Below are positions 61,760-64,000 of a stretch of 64,000 nucleotides of DNA, piece after piece. Both the position numbers and the translations under genes were made by a program. The notes under the pieces are model-generated. The model did not search any database. It was not told the origin of the DNA and worked only from the letters and a program-made list of their open reading frames with translations. The stretch is from positions 480,001-544,000 of the forward strand of contig CM000434.1 of the NCBI GenBank assembly GCA_000165345.1, written 5' to 3'. Every line of letters begins with the position of its first letter. The first letter of the stretch is position 1.

Positions 61760-63289
61760 TTAATATTGCGAATTTCTGTAATTATTGTCGAGCTTCCTTT
61801 TAAGTTCTACGTATACCCCATAATGGTCACTGAGAGTAACTAGTACAGTTGATCCAACACAACCAAAACACCAACCGTCAACAAGAACTCTAGGTTCTCT
61901 TAGAATAACGCTAGACTTATAAGGTTCGTATTGAGCCAGCTTTTTGGATAGATGGGTTGGCGGGAGAAATATATGGTCACATCTTTGACCATGACAATTA
62001 CTGTGCGGACCGATAACATTAAGAGGATTATTTGGGTCCCATGTAAAATCGGATGAAAATAGTTTACTACTACAATAATCTTTATTACCTGGAAAGTATT
62101 GTTTAATTGGATAGTTCTCCTGAAATTCATTTATATTATTTGAACAATTTGAAGATTTTGTAGTTGACACAACTTCGATACTTGTAGATTCTGGGGAACA
62201 TGATGAAAATCCTCTTTTAGCTACCTCAACTGCAGCCTTTGCAACTGCAAATGATGAAACAAGCTTATTTACTACTGCAACATCATCATTTCCTTTATTT
62301 ATGCTTGATGACCCAATACTCATATTAATCATCGGAGTGGTGTCAATTTCAATCCTAGTTGAGAAAGAATCGTTACTAGAGGGAGTTGCGTGTTCTTCCT
62401 CCTCGATTTGCTCTTCTCTATGAGCAAAATTTTCTTTAGAATAGCAGCTTAAATCGTCGTAAAGGTCATCCATATCTATGTATGTTTGCTTCCCTTTATA
62501 GTCAAAGTCATTTTGCCTAGATTTTAAGTTTATTTGAGAACTTATATTCGATGAAGCGGATGTGCTATATCTATTTTCATGTTTGAAACATTCAAAGCAA
62601 TCTCTCCAGCCTCTATCAATAAAATAGTTATAATTACTACCACAGCAGTTTGGGGCTGCATTTAAGTCTCCTATAATGACAGGAACCTCTCCTCTACGGA
62701 TTGCATGATCACAAGCTCCTAAAAGTTGTTCAATTTCCTTGTTTCTGAGTGTTTCAATTGTTTCTGATTCAGGATTAACCGCTCCACTTGCCATATGAAT
62801 ATTAAATAAGGTTAAAGGGGATTTATCCATTCCTGGTAATTGAATTGTTACCTCTAACATTCCCTTGCTGACAAACCATTCTTCAATCAATGTTACATCG
62901 CTGAAACATGTGAATCTTGCATTTAATATAGGATATTTACTAAGCACCAACAATCCATTATGTAGTGCCAACTGATTATGTATAACAGATATTGGCTGCC
63001 ATCTCATTGACTTTTGATTCTGGCTTTGTTTTGTTTCACGAGCAAAATATGGATAAACGGGCTGTAAAGACTCAATAATATAGTCAGAGTGTTTTTCATC
63101 AAATACTTCTTGCAACGCAATAATATCAGCATTTATTCCCCTTAATGCTGATGGGATCTGTAGTAACCTGTGAGAAGTATATGGAGGGTTTTGATACAAC
63201 TTTACTCCACAAATACGATATTCAAGGAGCCCTGCATTAAATGTAAGAAAGCTTATTCGATCAGGAAGTTCATCTTCGTCCGCCCACAT
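61760..63289 (-). CDS. Endonuclease/exonuclease/phosphatase (EEP) family phosphodiesterase, neutral sphingomyelinase (SMPD2/ISC1)-like
   Basis: Blocks in nSMase order: LTFNAGLL; ADIIALQEVFDEKHSDYIIESLQPVYPYF (compare FDLALLEEVWSEQDFQYLRQKLSPTYP); NGLLVLSKYPI (SGLCVFSKHPI); PVIIGDLNAAP (VLLCGDLNMHP); CDHIFL (SDHEAL). Ser/Asn-rich insertion between the catalytic blocks. Confidence 0.6.
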   Translation of the reverse strand: MWADEDELPDRISFLTFNAGLLEYRICGVKLYQNPPYTSHRLLQIPSALRGINADIIALQEVFDEKHSDYIIESLQPVYPYFARETKQSQNQKSMRWQPISVIHNQLALHNGLLVLSKYPILNARFTCFSDVTLIEEWFVSKGMLEVTIQLPGMDKSPLTLFNIHMASGAVNPESETIETLRNKEIEQLLGACDHAIRRGEVPVIIGDLNAAPNCCGSNYNYFIDRGWRDCFECFKHENRYSTSASSNISSQINLKSRQNDFDYKGKQTYIDMDDLYDDLSCYSKENFAHREEQIEEEEHATPSSNDSFSTRIEIDTTPMINMSIGSSSINKGNDDVAVVNKLVSSFAVAKAAVEVAKRGFSSCSPESTSIEVVSTTKSSNCSNNINEFQENYPIKQYFPGNKDYCSSKLFSSDFTWDPNNPLNVIGPHSNCHGQRCDHIFLPPTHLSKKLAQYEPYKSSVILREPRVLVDGWCFGCVGSTVLVTLSDHYGVYVELKRKLDNNYRNSQY

Positions 63290-63732
63290 TACTAAGAAAT
63301 ATTAAAAATAGCGGAAAAATTGCTGTTGGGGTTTAGCAGGCAAAACAAACCGCAAATTGCATGATACGTAGATAATTATTTTGTAAAGCTAATAAAAGAG
63401 GAAATAGTTTTGAAAAATTTTTAAAAAAATTATTTGGATTGAAAATTATTATTCAGAAGTTTAAAAAAAAATCTTATTTAGCATTTATAGTAGTAAGTAG
63501 ATATTTTCATATTGATTATACAAAAATATATAAATCTAAAACTTTTAAGATAGTAATCTAATCAATTTAACAACTTAGTTTCGAAAACTTAATTTTTGTC
63601 CTGCTTTTCTTCTTTTGTTTTGTTTAAATTTTGAAAAAAGTTTTGCCGCGGTTTTTTAGGTAATTAGTAATAGGAAAAAGAGCTCCACACTTCGGTGTGA
63701 GAACTTTTAATGTAAATACAATTAATTTACCG

Positions 63733-64000
63733 ATGATAAATGCACTGATATTAGAAAAGTTCGCTGTGAAAAGTAAATACACTAACTCCCAAATAAATTG
63801 CGTGAAAGAATGCGAGGATGGCTATTTAGATCATAGAGAAGAAAGAAACAGAATTAATATTCAAGATGATTGGGAATATCCTAGGAAAATATTAATCGGA
63901 AGCAATAAGTCGGAAAAGCTGTTTTATTGGTCGGAAAGTGAGCAGAAGCTCTGTTATACTGAGAATGACTATCATCGGAGCAAGTGCAATTACGAGCTTA
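63733..64000 (+). CDS. 5' part of an ORF running off the window end (hypothetical)
   Basis: ATG at 63733 opens an 89-codon frame (MINALILEKFAVKSKYTNSQINCVKECEDGY...) with no stop before nt 64000; not in the ORF track because it is unterminated. Confidence 0.25.
   Translation, partial: MINALILEKFAVKSKYTNSQINCVKECEDGYLDHREERNRINIQDDWEYPRKILIGSNKSEKLFYWSESEQKLCYTENDYHRSKCNYEL

Noticed and set aside
1-64000. Prokaryotic-style features (CRISPR arrays, defence islands, operons, IS elements, integrons)
   Set aside because: The window is eukaryotic nuclear DNA (spliceosomal introns, an internal-promoter tRNA, eukaryotic ribosomal, snRNP and eIF proteins). No direct-repeat/spacer arrays, transposase ORFs or terminal inverted repeats were seen.

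Overview
AT-rich (~70% AT), gene-dense eukaryotic nuclear DNA with giant intron-less ORFs and a few genes carrying tiny (42-52 nt) GTAAGT...AG introns. Protein content and one diagnostic locus identify it as Cryptosporidium, most likely the C. parvum/hominis group, chromosome-6 region. The 1623-aa ORF at 14191-19062 (-) is the oocyst wall protein COWP1. It contains exact matches to the classic COWP PCR-RFLP primers (recalled from memory), 553 bp apart, with RsaI (GTAC) sites predicting 34/106/413-bp fragments, the C. parvum-type pattern as I recall it. Other calls: Not1 C-terminus (5'-partial), an AP-3 delta-like adaptin, XRN1, one tRNA, two adjacent giant ORFs (probably one ~2650-aa gene), a bacterial-type RsmE rRNA methyltransferase with a spliceosomal intron, a Slo/BK-type K+ channel gene split into at least 9 exons (the ORF track shows it as 5+ separate ORFs), a 4-exon hypothetical gene, U1A/U2B'' (second exon missed by the ORF track), RPL11, eIF5B (10-codon first exon), a TBC RabGAP, an F-box/LRR protein, a head-to-head pair of paralogous multi-pass membrane proteins, a Dph1/Dph2-family protein, a SET+PHD protein with two putative AP2-like domains, a Myb factor, a DDX10/Dbp4-like DEAD-box helicase, two membrane proteins and a neutral-sphingomyelinase-like EEP enzyme. 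No prokaryotic-style system (CRISPR, defence island, operon) is present; the bacterial-type feature is the intron-containing RsmE gene. The ORF track uses TTG as an alternative start in many places; I moved such starts to the first in-frame ATG. All homology calls rest on motif recognition by eye, with no searches run.
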